Assembly (NCBI GenBank): GCA_905182195.1
Contig: CAJJAW010000001.1
Coordinates: 192,254-256,253 of the forward strand
Length of the DNA: 64,000 nucleotides
Direction of reading: 5' to 3'
Source: Alphaproteobacteria bacterium UBA4588
GTDB lineage: Bacteria; Pseudomonadota; Alphaproteobacteria; Rhodobacterales; Rhodobacteraceae
The notes beneath the pieces are model-generated. The model was not told the DNA's origin and made no database searches. It worked only from the letters and a program-made list of their open reading frames with translations. Shown here in pieces: positions 61,597 through 64,000 of this stretch (the stretch's first letter is position 1; every line of letters starts with the position of its first letter). Position numbers and translations under genes: made by a program.

Positions 61597-62631
61597 ATGC
61601 GAAGCACAAAAACCATTCACGTTGTGTCTTGCCACGCTGAGGGAGAAGTCGGCGACGTTATCGTCGGTGGGGTGGCTCCGCCACCCGGCGAAACACTGTG
61701 GGATCAGCGGACATGGGTTGCTAATGATAAGACCTTGCGCAATTTCATGCTTAACGAGCCACGAGGGGGGGTCTTCCGACACGTAAACTTGCTGGTACCG
61801 CCCATACATCCCGACGCCCAAATGGGCTGGATAATAATGGAACCAGAAGACACTCCGCCCATGTCTGGCTCTAACTCAATCTGTGTAGCAACGGTGCTGT
61901 TGGACAGTGGAATTATTCCAATGGTCGAGCCAATTACGGAGATGACGCTTGAGGCACCCGGCGGTTTAGTGCGGGTGATAGCCGAGTGCAGGAACGGGAA
62001 AGCAGAAAGAATAACAGTGCGCAACCTGCCATCTTTTGCGGGTGAGTTAAGTGCAAAGTTGGAGGTGCCAGGGATTGGTCAGATCACCGTGGATACCGCC
62101 TTTGGTGGTGACAGCTTCGTTGTGGTGGATGCCGCATCCCTTGGATTTGAATTAAATGGGTCTGAGGCAAAGTTGCTGGCGGATTTAGGTGTTACTATCA
62201 CCAACGCGGCCAACAAACAGCTGACGTTCAGCCATCCAACTAATGTCGACTGGAAACACTTCTCATTTTGCCTTTTTGCAGGTCCCATCAAGCGCGAAGG
62301 AAGCCATATTACCACGTCCGCAGCTGTAGCAATCCAGCCAGGTAAGATTGATCGATCACCAACAGGAACGGCAGTTTCTGCGCGCATGGCCCTCTTGCAT
62401 GCAAGGGGCGCGATGCAGGTTGGCGAAACCTTCACAGCACGCTCTATCATTAACTCAGAATTTCATGGGAAGATTGCCGAGGCCACAACATTGGGTGAAA
62501 TTCAAGCTATTATACCTGAAATTACAGGGCGTGCGTGGATCACAGGTACACATCAACACATGCTAGATCCAGATGACCCTTGGCCCGAGGGTTACCGGCT
62601 GAGTGATACATGGCCTGAATTGAAGAAATAG
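61597..62631 (+). CDS. proline racemase superfamily protein with non-canonical Ser/Thr at the two catalytic positions
   Basis: [35 protein letters not shown] (in place of MCGH) and [14 protein letters not shown] (in place of DRSPCGTG). Confidence 0.85.
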   Translation: MRSTKTIHVVSCHAEGEVGDVIVGGVAPPPGETLWDQRTWVANDKTLRNFMLNEPRGGVFRHVNLLVPPIHPDAQMGWIIMEPEDTPPMSGSNSICVATVLLDSGIIPMVEPITEMTLEAPGGLVRVIAECRNGKAERITVRNLPSFAGELSAKLEVPGIGQITVDTAFGGDSFVVVDAASLGFELNGSEAKLLADLGVTITNAANKQLTFSHPTNVDWKHFSFCLFAGPIKREGSHITTSAAVAIQPGKIDRSPTGTAVSARMALLHARGAMQVGETFTARSIINSEFHGKIAEATTLGEIQAIIPEITGRAWITGTHQHMLDPDDPWPEGYRLSDTWPELKK

Positions 62632-62927
62632 TGATTTGCTCACTAATACCTACTCTAAAACCACCTAGTTAAGAATAAGCAGACATCTTATACATAGTGT
62701 GTTTGGGTAGACTGCATTGAGATTTCGAATATTTTGTAGTTATTATTATGGTCATTTTGGCTAATGCCTATTTATAACTCAATCTCAGTGCCTTGACTGA
62801 ATGAAGTCAATGGTATGATACATATTTTTTCACAATTTAACATCAGTTAATAATTATTACCAAAATTAACATTTTATTAGAGAAAAAATTGCCTTAGAAA
62901 GTGCGGAGAGTTATTTAAGGGGTTGCC

Positions 62928-63809
62928 ATGTTAATATCGATGACGGGCATTGCCACAATGAGTGGATCAGTAGGTCCATATGATTGGTCTATGGAATTAC
63001 GGGGGGTCAACAATAAGGGTTTGGATATTCGAGCTCGTGTCCCCGATTGGTTAATGGGTCTGGACCAAGAAGTACGAAAATCGATTGCGGAAGTAGTAGC
63101 TCGTGGATCTTTACAATTTGGTTTGAAAGTGTCGCTTTCAGAGACAACTATTCAGCGACAGATTGATCCCGTTAAGCTAGAGCAAATTCTGAAAAATGCA
63201 GTTACTTTATCAAAACTTGCCAAACAAAAAGGCCTTAAGTTTGCGCCAATTGGATTGTCTGATATCTCAGCCCAAAATGGATTTATGGATTTTGAAGCTG
63301 GGGACGCAGTAAAAAAAGAACTAATGCAAATGGTAATGTCCGAGTTACCAAAACTTATTGCTCACTTTCAAAAATCACGGCAGGATGAAGGGCGAGCTTT
63401 GTATGCCGTCTTAGCCGGTGGGGTTGTTAATATGGAGAAGCTGTTGACGCAGGCAGCTAAAGCCATTCAAGATCGAGCCACTGAGTTTGAGACAAGCTTC
63501 AGGGCGGCTGTATTCCGATTGAAGCAAGATATTGATCCCGAACGGCTGGCGCAAGAAATGGCCATAATTGCAGTCAAAAGTGACGTCACTGAAGAAATCG
63601 ATCGATTAGCTGCTCACATTGCCGCAGCAAATGTTCTATTAAGTTCGCAAGAACCTGCAGGGCGCAAGTTTGATTTTTTGATGCAAGAGTTTAACCGCGA
63701 GGCTAATACGCTTTGCTCGAAGTCCAACTCAAAGTCTCTCACAGCGATAGGACTTGAAATGAAAGTATTAATTGATCAGATGCGAGAGCAGGTGCAAAAT
63801 GTCGAGTAA
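62928..63809 (+). CDS. yicC: YicC/YloC family stress-induced protein
   Basis: MLISMTGIA start and C-terminal [22 protein letters not shown] motif. Confidence 0.9.
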   Translation: MLISMTGIATMSGSVGPYDWSMELRGVNNKGLDIRARVPDWLMGLDQEVRKSIAEVVARGSLQFGLKVSLSETTIQRQIDPVKLEQILKNAVTLSKLAKQKGLKFAPIGLSDISAQNGFMDFEAGDAVKKELMQMVMSELPKLIAHFQKSRQDEGRALYAVLAGGVVNMEKLLTQAAKAIQDRATEFETSFRAAVFRLKQDIDPERLAQEMAIIAVKSDVTEEIDRLAAHIAAANVLLSSQEPAGRKFDFLMQEFNREANTLCSKSNSKSLTAIGLEMKVLIDQMREQVQNVE

Positions 63810-64000
63810 CCCTATGCGGCGCGGCTTGTTGATTATTTTATCGTCACCTTCAGGTGCTGGAAAATCAACTTTGGCGCGCAGATTAATGACCTGGGATGCG
63901 TCGCTAGCCTTCTCAGTCTCTTCTACCACCCGTAAAATGCGGAAAGGTGAAGAGGAAGGCACAGATTATTTTTTTACTGATGAAGATAAATTTAAACAAC
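63799..64000 (+). CDS. gmk: guanylate kinase (3' end beyond the window)
   Basis: [23 protein letters not shown]-loop and [21 protein letters not shown]. Overlaps the yicC stop by 11 nt. Confidence 0.9.
   Translation, partial: MSSNPMRRGLLIILSSPSGAGKSTLARRLMTWDASLAFSVSSTTRKMRKGEEEGTDYFFTDEDKFKQ

Overview
This 64-kb window looks like ordinary chromosomal DNA from an alphaproteobacterium. The gene order suggests a Rhodobacterales-like organism: bamE / DUF177-rpmF-plsX-fabH-ihfA-merR-tRNA-Pro, a suf operon with embedded membrane proteins, and a GAAC-N7-GAAC SOS box ahead of recA. I can support about 65 protein genes, 2 tRNAs, several hairpin terminators and a few operator-like sites. The coding content is mostly housekeeping: cysS, a four-gene cob cluster, zwf-pgl-pgi, Rrf2-nifS-sufBCD-sufS, guaB, rsmB-like, recA, alaS, typA, a livGFHM plus binding-protein ABC operon, class II DAHP synthase, and yicC-gmk. 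I saw no CRISPR array, prophage, transposon or recognisable defence island inside the window, and I cannot point to a convincing new multi-gene system. The items most worth a second look are these: (1) An integrase gene end faces the 3' end of tRNA-Pro at the far left, so an integrated element probably lies just outside the window. (2) A LacI-regulated sugar or cyclitol uptake and oxidation locus (23.2-31.4 kb) is bracketed by two near-identical 18-22 bp palindromes and contains a 5'-truncated dehydrogenase and a frameshifted ABC ATPase. (3) Gene lesions recur: cbiD, an AlkA-like glycosylase with a frameshift plus two in-frame TAGs, the ABC ATPase, and possibly a cupin and a GlxA-type regulator. 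Most sit at short homopolymers, so they may be sequencing errors or real decay. (4) A proline-racemase-family protein has both catalytic Cys positions replaced (Ser/Thr) and sits directly downstream of an AhpD-like gene. (5) An orphan RamA/RACo-like corrinoid activase lies next to tRNA-Gly, beside an AT-rich 0.5-kb non-coding tract. All protein family calls rest on motifs I recognised by eye in the supplied translations. No database search was run.
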